From assembly GCA_951406725.2 (NCBI GenBank), contig OX597815.1, positions 51,956,001 through 52,020,000 of the forward strand: a stretch of DNA of 64,000 bases. The letters run 5' to 3'. Below are positions 26,826-41,085 of this stretch, piece after piece. The notes under the pieces were generated by a model that was not told the DNA's origin, searched no databases, and worked only from the letters and a program-made list of their open reading frames with translations. The stretch is from Octopus vulgaris. Lineage: Eukaryota. How positions within the stretch are numbered: position 1 is the first letter of the stretch; the number at the start of each line of letters is the position of its first letter. A program made the position numbers and the translations under genes.

Positions 26826-27243
26826 TATTCTTTTATTCTTTTACTTCTTTCAGTCATTTGCCTATAGCCATGCTGGAGCACCACCTTTAGTTGAGCAAAT
26901 CACCCCCAGGACTTATTCTTTGTAAGCCTAGTACTTGTTCTATCGGCCTCTCTTGCCAAACCGCTAAGTTATGGGGACATAAACACACCAACATCAGTTG
27001 TCAAGTGATGGCGGGGAGTGGGGTGGACAAACACAGACACACAAACAAATACACACACATACTCATACATATATATTCATATATCTACGACAGGCTTCTT
27101 TCAGTTTCTGTCTACCAAATCCACTCACAAAGCTTTGGTCAGCTTGAGGCTATAGTAGAAGACATTTGCCCAAGGTGCCATGCTGTGCGACTGAACCTGG
27201 AATCTTGTGGTTGGTAAGCAATCTACTTACTACGCAGCCAGTC
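26826..27243 (-). mobile_element. SINE family A, full length
   Basis: Reverse complement of 4125-4595. Confidence 0.9.
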
Positions 27244-27460
27244 CTGAACCACTCATACACTTGTGTGTGACTCATACACTCCTCTCCATACACTTTCTGC
27301 ATCCTTGCATAGACCTCTAAGCAGGCATTGCCTTGATAACTTTCTCTGTTGTGGTCAATACAACAATAACACGCTACACACCTTCCTTCCAAGCACTGCT
27401 ATAAACAGTGGAAGTGAGCATGCACAGCAGATTTCAAGATCAATCTGTACCAGGTGGCTT
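27244..27460 (-). mobile_element. Mariner transposase N-terminal fragment
   Basis: VYARMQKVYGEECMSHTQVYEWF helix-turn-helix motif. Confidence 0.7.
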
Positions 27461-27519
27461 TACTCTGCATGCTTTAGCTTTGTTACTATGGCTATTTATT
27501 GATTTACTGGATATTTATT

Positions 27520-27995
27520 GATTGGCCCATGTATTCCATCTCTATCTGCCATTCACCTCACACCCCTATGAACTTACTCACTCACCCCTGCCACTTCTTT
27601 CATATTCATTTTCCTGTAATTTGAGGGTATTCTCTGACACATCTTTACCAACATCCTCTTTTGTTTCCAACTGGGATAACTTTATACCTTTCTTACAGCA
27701 AGGTGCCTCTTTCTATCCTTTTATCATAGCATAAAGTCACTTCCTGCAATAGTATTCCCAACCTCATTTAAGGGGTCTTGTTTTGTGAATTAATTGGTGA
27801 CCTCACTAGCATTGGTGCCACATAAAAAATATCCAGTACATTGTATGAAGTGGTTGGCATTAGGAGGGACATCCAATCATAGAAAACTTGCCAAACCAGA
27901 CACTGGAGCTTAGTGCATTGGTGCAGTCCTCTGGCATGCCAGCTCCTGCTGGCCACCCAATCCATGCCAGCATGGAAAATTGATGTTAAGTGATA
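27520..27995 (+). mobile_element. RTE-type 3' UTR fragment
   Basis: Similarity to 19602-20122 and the RTE tail. Confidence 0.7.
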
Positions 27996-28004
27996 TATAT
28001 TGAC

Positions 28005-28330
28005 AAGGATTTATTCAAATTATTGTACACATATTTCTATAATGGATTTTCAAAAACATTTGTGTAGCAAACAGCAATCATTTCTTCAGCAGTTAAAATT
28101 TAAACTGTTAAAAATGAAAACAAATACAGTGTTTGATATAACATACTGAAGTAGATATATCATAAGGTTGATACCAGAAACTATAATGGAAAAAAGAACA
28201 AAAAATAGAAAACGTCAAAATGTTAACATTTATTCAAATTAATTGCTGAAGAAATGGTGGTTATTTTTAATCTGAATGTATAATAAATCCATTATTGAAA
28301 TGTGTACGATAATAATTTGAAGAAATCCTT
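28005..28330. repeat. Diverged inverted repeat (~105-bp arms)
   Basis: AAGGATTTATTCAAATTATTGTACACATATTTCTATAATGGATTT..CATTTCTTCAGCA vs TGCTGAAGAAATG..AAATCCATTATTGAAATGTGTACGATAATAATTTGAAGAAATCCTT. Confidence 0.75.
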
Positions 28331-28629
28331 TTAAATCTTATATTACTCTTTGAATTTTTATGATGTGAACTGATTAAGTAAGTAAAAAAGTTTTTTCATA
28401 ATTCACATCTTTTCCATATTGAATTCCTAAGTTACAATTAATGGTTTGTGTCTTAAGACATCTTGTTACATTTTCCATCAAAATTTAAACTATAATGTCA
28501 CATACACACACACATACATACATACACACACACACATACACACACACATACGCACACACACACATGTACACACACATGCACACACACATGTAGACACACA
28601 CATACACACTCACACACACATGTGTATAT

Positions 28630-29070
28630 ATCTTTTACTTGTTTCAGCCATCAGACTGTGGCCATGTTGGGGTACCACCTCAAAGAATTTTTTGTCGAAT
28701 GTATTGAACCCAGTACTTATTTTGTTTTAAAAGCTTGGGACTTATTCTATCAGTCTCTTTTGCTGAACCACAAAGTTATGGGGATGTAAACACATCAGCA
28801 CCAGTTGTCAAATGGTGGTGGGGAACAAATACATGCACAAAGACACACACACACACATACACACAGACACAGACAAACAGATAGACAGACACACACACAC
28901 ACACACACACACGATGGGCTTCTTTCAGATTCTCTCTACTGAAGCCATGCATAAGACTTTGGTCAATCCAAGGCTATAGTAGAAGACACTTGCTCAAGGT
29001 ACCATGCAGTGGGACTGAACCCGGAACCATGTGGTTGGGAAGCAAGCTTATTACCAAACAGCCATGCCTG
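28630..29070 (-). mobile_element. SINE family A, full length
   Basis: Reverse complement of the family consensus seen elsewhere in the window. Confidence 0.9.
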
Positions 29071-29099
29071 TACATATATATATAGATATATATATATTA

Positions 29100-29257
29100 T
29101 AGGAGTGGCTGTGTAGTAAGTAGCTTGCTTACCAACCACATGGTTCCAGGTTCAGTCCCACTGTGTGGCACCTTGGGCAGGTGTCTTCTATTATAGCGTC
29201 GAGCCGACCAAAGGCTTGTGAGTGGATTTGGTAGATGGAAACTGAAAGAAGCCCGTC

Positions 29258-29314
<57 letters not shown>

Positions 29315-29540
29315 GTGTGTGTGTGTGTGTGAGTGTATGTTTGTGTATCTGTGTTTGTCCCTCCACCATCGCTAGATGATCGATGTTGGTGTGTTTATGT
29401 TCTTGTAACTTAGCAGTTCACCAAAAAACACCAATAGAATAAGTACTAGGCTTACAAAGAATAAGTCTGGGGTTGATTTGTTCGACTAAAAGCATGTGCT
29501 CCAGCATGGCCACAGTCAAATGACTGAAACAAATAAAAGA
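29100..29540 (+). mobile_element. SINE family A, full length
   Basis: AGGAGTGGCTGTGTAGTAAG..GGTTCAGTCCC..CAGTCAAATGACTGAAAC. Confidence 0.9.
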
Positions 29541-30594
29541 TGGTGGAGGGACAAACACAGCCATACAACATATATACATTCTTTCATGGTTTGGCTTGAC
29601 TCAAGTCTATGGTAGAAGACGCTTAACTGAAGTGACATTTAATAAAATTGAATCCAGAATCTTGTGATTATGAACTTTTAAACCCCTTGGCTACGTCTGT
29701 GCCTACTTTCCATGTATAGTGCATCTAAGAACATATGTATGTATTTATGTGAGGGAACTTGGCTGCTCTTTCTCAGAGCTACTCTTTCTCATTGATCAAG
29801 AGCAACCAAGTAGAATCTCTGTCCTTTACTCATAATAATTACAATATGTACCAGTAAAATACTGATGTCAATTCAATTAACTGCAGTGCCTGTTATTAAA
29901 ATTACTCTTGTTTTTATTCGAAAGAAATCAATAATTTTTGTAAAATAATCTTTTCTGTCGTGCTGATTTTGTTTTTGTTTCACAATATATTTAATTTTCA
30001 TCTTTCTATTTGTAGGACAATTATTAAATGTCTAACCTTCACTGCATGCTTGTTCTTTCTGTTTGTTTCTTTATCATTTCTCCTGTTTCCAGTATTTTTT
30101 TCTCATTTCCTTCTGCCAGAAGAGAGCAAGTTAATTAGTTATGAGATCATCTTGCAAATATATCAACAGCAACATCCCAACCAATGAGGAGCTTCTATAT
30201 AGTCATTGGTTTAGGTCAGCCCTGACTGAGCAAACCTAAGGTGAAACAATAACAGCCAACAGCATCTACCAACAATAACATAAGCCAACAGGGGAGTTTT
30301 GACTTGTTTGCTCAACTTACTAGAAACACTTGCCTATTCTACATCAAATCAAAATCCCATTGTCTTAGAAAAGGGCATTTTGAATAATGTAATCTATAGC
30401 TGGAAATTAAAAAAACTGGATGGTTACTGCTGGAACAATTTTTGACCATGAATCTGCTCTAACAGGTCAGGTCTGATTTGGAGTTAAACAAACTACACAA
30501 TATCTGAAATAAGTGTGATGGTTATAGCTTGAATGATTTTTATTATAAGTCTGCTTGATCTGGTTTGACCTTGGGCCAAAAAAAAACAATCACA

Positions 30595-30780
30595 ACTAGC
30601 CAGCTAACCAACTAGCCAGCCAACCAACCAGCCAGTTGACCAACCAACCAACCAACCAACCAACCAATCAACCAACCAACACTAAACAACAAAAAAGGAA
30701 CATCAAACAAGTAAGAAAATGTGTATAATCACCAACCAACCAACCAACCAGCCAGGCAACCAACCACCCAGCCATCCTAC
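30595..30780. repeat. (AACC)n-type microsatellite
   Basis: Seen directly. Confidence 0.85.
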
Positions 30781-31869
30781 TATTGGAGCATCCAATGCCC
30801 AGCTTAATCAATATATGATGTATATTGAAGATTATATTGTCAACTCTTTAACAAATGTTCTATGATGGCAATCTATCTTAGTGTTCTCATAATAATTGAG
30901 TGAAAGGCAATGTAATTAATATAAGCTTTGTCTTTTTTTTTTTGATGTTTTAGGGAGGTAATGGAAAGAAAGGAAGACAGAAATCAAAGGAGAAATGAAT
31001 GAAAAAATAGTATGGAGGGGAGGAATGGAAAGAAAAATAACTCTGTGACAAGATTCCTAAGCAAATCAAAACAAACAAGAGATAAGAAAAGAAATTTTCA
31101 CATAGAATCCCATAATAAAACAAAATCTCATAACAGATGAGGGAAAAAACTGAAATGACCTGGTCTGTTTTGATTTCAGACAGTTGTATGAACTGTCAGG
31201 TTGACAGTAGACAAACAATAAACCCTACCATGCGATTAAAAATAAAAAGATAATGAAAATTAACAAAAAAGAAAAAAAAACAGAAATAAATGAACAACAG
31301 CAACAAAATTGCCCTGTCAGTTTAATTAGAAAACATGGAATGTCTAATAACACAATGAAGAGGTAACTTACATACAGGCAGGTAGACTAGAACAAATGAG
31401 TTTCAACAGTTTTTTTCTGTACACTTCTCCCCCTCCTTCTCCTCACCACCACAACCACAACCACGACCACCACCATGACCACGACTACAAGGCGGTGACA
31501 ACGACAATGACTACAACGACTACGACGACGACCACCACCATGATGATGTCAGTCACCATTGTATGCTTTACCTCCATCTCACTCTGCTATTTTCAACCTT
31601 TTATACTTATTCACTATCAACAACTCTGCCATAAACTGTTGCTTACATATGTTTTAGAGGGATTCAAATCCAAGTTTTGAGTAAGATTGGCTGTCTGGCC
31701 AGTATGTTTTAGACAGATGAAACTGCCTGAACTAGTTTCAGTTATCACTTCCAAGACATCCTCAATAGAAGGGACAAAATTACTCCAATGTCTCACCTTA
31801 TTTTGATACTAAGTAATTAGAATATTATTATTATTATTATTATTAATGTTGTTGTTGTTGTTATTTTTA

Positions 31870-32630
31870 TGGCAATGAGCTGGCAAAATCATTAGCACAC
31901 TGGGCAAAATGCTTTGTGGCATTTTGTCTGTCTTCATGTTCTGAGTTCAGATACTGCTAAGGTTGACTTTGCCTTTCATCATTTGTGCTAGTGAAACATT
32001 GGGATTGATGTAATAGACTAGATCCCTCCTCACAAAATTTCAGGGCTGCTTGTGCTGTTAGTAGAAAAGATTATTATTATTATTAAGACTGTAAGCTGGC
32101 AGAATTGTTAGTGTGCCAGGGAAAATTCTTAGTGGCAATTTATCCATTTTAATGTTCTGAGCTCAAATTCTGCTGAGGCCCACTTTGTCTTTCATCCTTT
32201 TGGGGTTGATAAAATAAGTACCAGTTAATGACTGAGGTCGATGTAATTGACTAAACCCGTCCTCCAAAATTGCTGGCCTTGTGCAAAAATTTGACAATAT
32301 AATTATTAATTTTATTATCATTAGTAGAGTTGTCAGCACACTGGGCAAAATGCTTAGTGTATTTCATCTGTTTTCATGTTCTGAGTTCAAATTCCGCTGA
32401 GGTTGACTTTGTCTTCCATTCTTTTGGTGTTGATAAGATAAGTACCACTAAATGAGTACTGGGGTTGATGTAATCAACTATCCCACTCCCTTATTATTAT
32501 TCTGCTCAGGTCAGCTTTTCCTTTCATCCTTTCGGAGTTGATAAATTAAGTACCAGTGAAACACTGGAGTCAATGTAATAAACTAGTCCCCTCCCCACAA
32601 ATTTCAGGCTTCATGCCTTTAGTAGAAAGG

Positions 32631-32673
<43 letters not shown>

Positions 32674-32915
32674 TTATTATTAATCATATATCATTGTTAT
32701 TATTATTATTAGCAGTGAGCTGGTAGAGTTATTAGCACACAGGGTAAAATGCTTAGTGGCATTTCATCTGCCTTTACGTTCTAAGTTCAAATTCTGCTGG
32801 AGCTGACTTTGTCTTTTGTCCTTTTGGGGGTTGATAAATTACTGTTTGAGCACTGGGGTTGATGCAATCGACTATCTCCTTCCCCTGAACTTGGTGACCT
32901 AGTGCCAAAATTTGA
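31870..32915 (+). mobile_element. Cluster of about five SINE family B copies separated by (ATT)n
   Basis: Repeated GAGCTGGCAGAAT..TTAGCA..AAATGCTTAG..GAGTTCAAATTC..GACTTTGCCTTTCATCC..GATAA..AGTACC. Confidence 0.9.
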
Positions 32916-33139
32916 AATCACCATCATCATCATCATCATTATTGTCACCATACTGTCAAGTTATGGCAACTTGGAGCTCTGTAAGTTTTGAGAATCTTTT
33001 CAACTGTTTTGGCCTGTTAAAGCCCCCTCCCCCATTCAGTGATTCATTTTGTGATAACCTTATTGTTAATGTCCTCTGGATTGCAGTGGTAATATATTTG
33101 TTTAGAGATACTCCCTTTAAGGAAATGTATACATTACTC

Positions 33140-33359
33140 TTTTACTATTTTGCTTGTTTCAGTCATGTGACTGTAGCCATGCTGGAGTAACGCCTTTATT
33201 CGAGCAAATCGATCCCAGGACTTATTTTTTGTAAGCCTAGTACTTATTCTATCAGTCTCTTTTGCTGAACCGCTAAGTTACGTGGACGTAAACATACCAG
33301 CATTGGTTGTCAAGCGATGTTGGGGGTGGGGGGGGACAAACACAGACACACAAACATAT

Positions 33360-33428
<69 letters not shown>

Positions 33429-33590
33429 CAACAGGCTTCTTTCAGTTTCCGTCCACCAAATCCATTCACAAGGCTTTGGTTGGCCCAAGGCTATAGTAGA
33501 AGGCACTTGCCCAAGGTGCCATGCAGTGGGACTGAACCTAGAACCAGTGGTTCGTAAGCAAGCTACTTATCACACAGTCATTCCTACACC
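33140..33590 (-). mobile_element. SINE family A, full length
   Basis: Reverse complement of 4125-4595. Confidence 0.9.
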
Positions 33591-33984
33591 TATATTGATA
33601 TTTATTTTGAATTATCTGCAAAAAAAGCAAAGTTTTGGAATTTTTAAGAATTTAAAAAAAAGTTGGAACGTGATAATTATTGATGGTGGAGAGCATTTCA
33701 GCAGTCTAGTTCCAGAAGCCAATATAGTCATAACAATGGAACATGATGTCTAAAGGTAGACAAGTTAGAACTGAAACAAAATTATATCTAAGTGATGAAA
33801 TTTTGTCTAATTACAATGACAATATCAACATGGGCAAAAATAGCAGAAGCAGCAGCAACACTAACAACAGTCACAACAACAACAACAAGACAGAGAATAG
33901 AATAACAACAGCATCAAGACTGAAGTCATCAACAGTAAAATTGATTATAGCAGTAATAACAAAAACTGTCTGAAAAACACCACC

Positions 33985-34016
<32 letters not shown>

Positions 34017-34479
34017 CAACAGCAACAATAGTTAAGACAACAACAGCTTTTTATCTTTTTTGAGGGTAGCTAGCCAGTGGGTTGTGCATTCCCTTTGAAG
34101 ATTTGAACAGAAAGGCTCTCTAGTATAAATATGTTATTGTGAAGCCAGGAGTAATGTCTCTTTGTTAGGGGGGAAAAAAACTAACTGAGAAAGACAAACA
34201 TTTGTTTATAAGTGCATCGAAGAGAAGGATGCAAGATTTAAATTGCCTGGCAGAAACAAATATTCCTGAATGATGTGTGGCCCACAGTTCTACACATATA
34301 TTAAAGAAGACAATATGGGAAGGTGGCTGCCATATGTATCAGCAAACAAGAAACTCAAAGGATGGTGACAATAACATGCACCTCCCAGAGGTTTTTTTTA
34401 TATGGATAGGAAGTTGACTTGAATTTGAGTCAGCAACATGCTGGCTCATAGTGATCTCGCAAGAGTTTTAACCATATTG

Positions 34480-36135
34480 GAGTGCCTCTTCTTTTTATGC
34501 TAGCTCTCAAGTCATTGCTGTGGAAGTTGGAACAGTTGAGGGGCACCCTTTTGAAGTGGGACTTGGGTGAGCAAAGTTGGTATATATGGACAGTATCACC
34601 ATCATGGTGTCAGTTGTCTCCAAAGTGGAGATAGTTAGCACCATTCTAAAAGTTAGTGGCAGGAACCAAAATCAACCCTGACAGGTTTGTTAAGCTTGCA
34701 AATGGGTATTTGGAACTGTAGGTCCATGTTGTCTGATGCTGCCATTGGGTGCTGGACTGATGGATGAGTTAAACTGCTCAGGATCTGGTTTGGTACTGAT
34801 CTTCATGAAGGTAATAATTGGGTTAGATGATGAACAAGGTGGCTGGTCTTACCCAGAAATGGGAAGAGAGAAAGCTGTCCCTGAAAGGTTGCACAATAGT
34901 GGGAAATGCCTACATTGCCTCCATTATTATTTATTGCTTGGCTGTCATGCCTTGCCCTGGCTACTGCTTTATCAGGTTGGAATGTCTGTTATTTTGTAGT
35001 GGAAAGGGCATGTTCAAATGGTCAGGCGGTCGGTTTGCTGCTATCACTCTCTGCATGGCAGGTTAGGCATGCCATGAATTCTGATGCACAGGCATGTGCT
35101 ATGGTTGGATTACCTGCAATGATTCCTGGATGATGAACATGTATGAACTCCATTTGTGAGACAAGTCTTTTCTCAGCTTGTCTCCTTGACTGAGCTGCAT
35201 TCCTGAGTAAAAGAAAGACTAAGACTAAGTACCTGGCATCTAAAGCGTCATCAAATGTTCACAAATCCACAGTTGGACGGTGGGATTAGTTGATGTCCTA
35301 CTCTGGTAATATATAGAGGATTAGTGATGGGGAAGTGTGATGATGTTCTTGGGGAGACTCTGGGCTTCAATGAAAACAAGCTGGCCAGTTTTTTCTGGAG
35401 GACTTTCTAGTCAGGGGCTTCCATAGCAGTGCTACTTAGTGTGCTACTGGTTTGAAATAAGCTCTATAGATATGGATGTGCTGTCAGATGGCGTTGTCTG
35501 AGATGTGTGTCGAGTGATGAAACCATTCTGCATTGCTAATTTATGAAGTTATGTTGAACAACTGCTATCATGTGTGGGATGGATCCATCTATTGGCTGAG
35601 TCCATAGTGGTAACTGCCCCACTGACCTCATTTAATTGGGCTGATAAGGCAGCTTTCCTTTGTCTGATGTCAATTGTGAGCAAGGTTGTTTGGTGAACAA
35701 GGCTGAAAGGCAACAGAATAGAGTCTTTCCTCTTTGGTAGATCCCACATTGAAAGGAAAGTACAGAGAGAGAGGTACTGTCCCTGAGGGAATTTATTGAA
35801 AGGTGGGTGAAAGTTGCAAAAATGGTGTCCCTAAGTATACACCTGTGAGTCAAAAAAACAGAAATTGTAGAGGGTACTTGCTGTTGGTATTCAGGGAAAT
35901 CTTGGATAGTATGGTTCCATGATTGTTCCTAGCAATCTTCTTGTATCAGGAAGATCACATCACTACTACTCATTTTAAAAATGTATTTCAATTATACTTC
36001 ATTTCTTTGTTTTATTGTATACCATGTATACTTTACTTTTTTTTATATCATTTAATTATATGTAAATTGAACCACTTTATATCTGTCTTTATATTGTGTC
36101 CCTCATCCATTGTCCTGGTGGTAAATAAAACAAAT
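34480..36135 (+). mobile_element. Tx1/L1-clade LINE 3' portion, decayed
   Basis: VYMDSITI (YADD position), GTKIN, VKLLRIWFG, WEERKLSLKG..VGNAYIASIIIY, C-terminal CLRC..DETILH; AATAAA at about 36124. Confidence 0.82.
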
Positions 36136-36157
36136 TATCATAATCATCATTGTCATT

Positions 36158-36532
<375 letters not shown>

Positions 36533-36692
36533 AGGTGGTAGGCTGGCAGAATTGTTAGCATGATAACGTGATAGACTGGCTTTGATATAATTGATTAGCT
36601 TCCTCCCAACAAACTTCAGTCCTTGTCCCTATTATAAAAAGGATTATTATTAGGTGAACTGGCAGAATTGCTACTGCACTTGACAAAATCCT

Positions 36693-37372
36693 TTGCAGCA
36701 TTTTGCCCATTTTTACATTCTGTATTCATATTCTGCCATAGTTAACTTTACCTTTCATCCCTTCAGGGTTAACAAGATAAGTACTGCTTGAACACTGGGA
36801 TCAATGAAATCAATTAGCCGTCTATTCCAAGTTTACAGGCCTTGGTTATTATCATTTCATTTTATTATTTTGCTTTCAAAGTGACACTGGGGTAAAATAT
36901 ATGAAGCCCATTATACCCATTATGACTACCTGTCTGATAAGGGTACACTAGGCACATGCATCACAACCATATGTGTGTGACATAGTGATCTCATATCAAG
37001 ACAAACAGTGCATGACCTTGCAGGTAGGGCCCTTGCAGCATTTTGCCCATTTTTACATTCTGTATTCATATTCTGCCATAGTTAACTTTACCTTTCATCC
37101 CTTCAGGGTTAACAAGATAAGTACTGCTTGAACACTGGGATCAATGAAATCAATTAGCCGTCTATTCCAAGTTTACAGGCCTTGGTTATTATCATTTCAT
37201 TTTATTATTTTGCTTTCAAAGTGACACTGGGGTAAAATATATGAAGCCCATTATACCCATTATGACTACCTGTCTGATAAGGGTACACTAGGCACATGCA
37301 TCACAACCATATGTGTGTGACATAGTGATCTCATATCAAGACAAACAGTGCATGACCTTGCAGGTAGGGCCC
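36693..37372 (+). repeat. Apparently perfect 340-bp tandem duplication
   Basis: 36693-37032 matches 37033-37372 with no mismatch seen by eye. Confidence 0.92.
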
Positions 37373-37750
37373 AGTTAGAATTTTCTTCAGGTTGAGTAAC
37401 CCATTCTGCTCAAAAAGTCCCTGAATAAGGGTTGTTTAAGGATGTTGAACAAAACACCCATGTTTCCAGTGATGAATTATCCAAACCTCGAAGAATTCCT
37501 CTCAACACATGGCTATGATGTTCCCCCACTACTTCTGCTTGTGATCAGTGATGCATCTATCATCAGCCATCAAGGGACATACTCAACAGGTTACGGTCAA
37601 ACAACTGACAAGCAAATCTGTAGTATTGGGCAGAATATTTGCTGTAGCCCATCTTTTATACCAAGAAAAAAAAACAATGTACATGATAACACTTCCAATC
37701 AGTTAAGATCAGAAGCCATGAGAGCCACTGTCTGGTACTGCATCTGGGCA
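37210..37750. mobile_element. ~540-bp non-coding interspersed element in (ATT)n, copy 1
   Basis: Highly similar to 41252-41780. Confidence 0.85.
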
Positions 37751-37780
37751 TTATTATTATTTTTATCATTATTATTATTT

Positions 37781-40700
37781 TCTTTGCACAGCTTCTAACA
37801 CTGGAGATGTACTATGGTATCAGCTGTTCACTACCAGTGAATTAAGGTAACACTTATTTTTTGAGCACCTTCCGGAATATTCAAGTGGTTCCAAGCAGTG
37901 CTGTTTTCTGCAAGTGCTCCACCCTTATTGCAGCTCTTATTTGTTCCATGTACTTCTCAAGATTTTTACTCTCTGTTCCCAGGGCTCTGACAATTATTGG
38001 TACTACTACCACCTTTTTCATCGAATACAACTGCTTAACCTTCCAAGCTAATCTGTTATATAAATCGACTTTTTCTTCCTTATCGCATACTTTGTTGTCA
38101 GTTGGGCATGCTAAATCTATGATCCAGCATAGTTTGCTTTCTTTCTCAATTAAGACTATGTCTGGCTTCCTATTCTCTATCTCATGGTCGCACTGAGTCA
38201 TAAAATCCCACAGGATCTTTGCATTATCCTTTTCGATGATGCGTTCAGGTTTGTGGTTATACCAAATTTTTGTTCTGTCAAGTCCATACTTGTTGCAAAG
38301 TGTCCAAGGGACAAGCCTAGCTATATTGTCGTGGTATCCCTTAAATTCCTTCTGGGCTAGTGGTATACATTGGCTGGTAATATGCCATATGGTTTCACCA
38401 TTTTGTCCACAGATTCTGCACTTATCACTTTCTGAATTGTTGTCTATTCTATATTTTATGTAGTTTGTTCTTAGTACTTGTTCTTGGGCAGCACAGATTA
38501 GAGCCTACATTTCCAGTTTTTAATCACTTTTAGTCACCCACAGCCATCTTTTTTCTCTGTCTGTCTTATCTTCAGCATCCCTATAAAATTGACCATGTAT
38601 TCTTTTCTTTACCCACCTATTTTCAGTTTCATTTGTTTTCAATTTCTTGTACAGTGCTTTATCTTTGCAATCATTCATCCTACACAAGCCTGACATTCTT
38701 ACTTCTAATAATAGTGGTTCTGTGGCATTTTTTACATATCAGGCTATGTTGTTTTCTTCTGCTCTAATGCTGTGTTCACATCCAATAAGTCCTCTTCCCC
38801 TTCTTTTTCTTGGTACATGCAGTCTGCCTTTATCACTTTTTGGGTGGAGTGTCCCATATCTAGTCAGCAACTTCCTTGTCTTTCTGTCTAAGCTGTTTAG
38901 TTTGTCTACTGTCCATGCGATTACCCCTGCTCCATATCTAAGGAGTGAAACCGCCCAGGTGTTGATAGCTTCAATCTCATTCTGTCTGTTTTATTTCGAC
39001 TTGGGGATCAGTCTCAGTCTGCACAAGTATTCTGCCTTAAATTTTTTTTTCATTTCTTTCTTCATCAATTTCTCCATTTCCAAAATCCCCAAGTACTTAT
39101 AGCCCATCTCTCCTATACATACCCAACTTCTGCTTTCCTCAGAATCAGTATTAGTGGTATCAAGCACAGTACAAAGATCAGTGGGGACAGGCAATCCCCC
39201 TGGAAGATGCCCCTCCTGATTTCTACTGTTCCTAAACTTCTTCTGTATGCTGTCAGGTCTATCCTCCAATTTACCATAATTTTTCCAAACAATCACTCAA
39301 CATTCAATGCAATGCCAAATAGGTTCATACATTCCATTATCCAAGAGTGTGGGATCATATTGTATGCCTTACGATAGTCGGTCCATGACATGGCTAAGCT
39401 GGTTTTCCTCCTCTTGCAGTCTCTAAGTACAGTTTTGTCTATCAGGAGTTGATCCTTGGTACCTCTGAACTGTTGCTTGCAACCCTTCTGCACATGTGTC
39501 AGGACTCCATTTTTTCCAGATGTTCATACATTGACTCTGCAAGTATTCCAGTCAATAACTTCCACATAAGTGGCAAACAGGGTATCAGCCTGTAATTGTC
39601 TACCGTATTGCCTTTTCAATGTTTTTCAAGCACAACACTGTCCTACCCAATGTCAACCACTCTGATATTACTTATTTAGCATTTAACAAGGCGTTGAGTT
39701 GCACAGCTATTCGTGCATGACATTCACCAAATCTTTTGACCCGGTAGCCTTGAAATCTATCTGGTCCTGAGGCCTTCCAGTTGCTAATTTTTTTGCTGAT
39801 TTCCTTCACTTCCCTAATTGAAACGAGTAGTTCCACCTGTTTGGAGCAGACTACTGTTTGTTTCAGTTCTTGCAACCATTCAGCATCCTTCTTGTGCTCC
39901 ATGTCTTTGCTCCAGATGTCACTCCAAAACCTTTAACTTTCATTATCTGGTATCAACTTTTCATCTGTACACTCTCCATTTATTTCTTTATAGAATCTCT
40001 TCTGATCTACTCTGAATAACCTATTCTGGTGGTAACTCTTCATTCTTTGTTTGTATCTTACTATCTTTGTTTTCTTTGCAACGAGGCACTGTTTTAGTTC
40101 CTCCATTACCACTTTCAGGCCATTTCTTTCAATATTATACTTCCTTTATAGCGCCCTGTAATTTTGTTCACTTTTAAGCTCCCCTTTCTCTTTTCAGTCT
40201 AACACAGAAATTTCCTTTGAGAGCATGTTTAACCCTGCTTGTATTCTGCTTTCCCACCATGGATCTTTTCTTTTGTCACTCCCATTATATTTCTTTTTCT
40301 TGACATCAACACCCACGTTTTCTGCTACAACAATACTTGCTGCCTTGATCAAATTATTTGTTTCTGTGATGTTGTTTGTTCTGATGTATTTCAGAATTTC
40401 ATTAACATTTTTCTTTTCTTAGCTCAATTTCCACCGATCAGCCTTTTTAAAGTTGCAAATGATGTCACTATCTTTCTCTAGTAGTCTTGCCTTTATTCTG
40501 TTGTAGATTGCCTTTTGTTCATCTATCGTGTCGCCATTAGTTTTATTGTCTTCTTTTAGATCATCTATATGTCTCTCATTAAGTAAACTACCACTGCTCC
40601 TTTCCTGTGCAATGAGATTACTTTTATTAGTAAGAACTGTATTTTTCATCGTTATCTCTGCTGCTATTTTCCAAGACCTGTCTTTTGATAGCTTCGAGCT

Positions 40701-41085
40701 CTACTTCTGTGAACCAACGATTTTTTCTTATTGCTCTTGTTTGATCACATAGTCTCTGTTCTGTGAACTGAAACAATCTCTTTTCCCTCCATTGATCATA
40801 CATGTATTGTCAGTAACCCCTAATTTGAGCACCATTTTCATCTACTGGGTTGCTCAGGTAGTAACACTCCATGACCACAGCATTAACTTGCTTGCTCCAT
40901 CTACGCCCTGTGTGGTGGTCTCTTTCTGGATATCGACAGGCTGGAGTCAGACCAGAATCTCTGAGCCTGCCGGGTGCAACAGTGTCACCATCAATGGCTT
41001 CAGTTTCATTACCACAGTTGTTCACAATATTTTGTTTTTCATTGTCACTCATATAAGGTAGTGATTATCAGGTTGCACAATTACC
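37781..41085 (-). mobile_element. R4/Dong-type REL-endonuclease LINE, near full length with internal deletions
   Basis: RRWSKQVNAVVMECYY (N-term), [49 protein letters not shown]...ETIWHITSQC, WDF..RKPDIV..IIDLACP..K (REL); (AAT)n tail. Confidence 0.95.

Noticed and set aside
31870-32915. CRISPR-like repeat-spacer array
   Set aside because: Eukaryotic SINE copies of ~200 bp with ATT linkers
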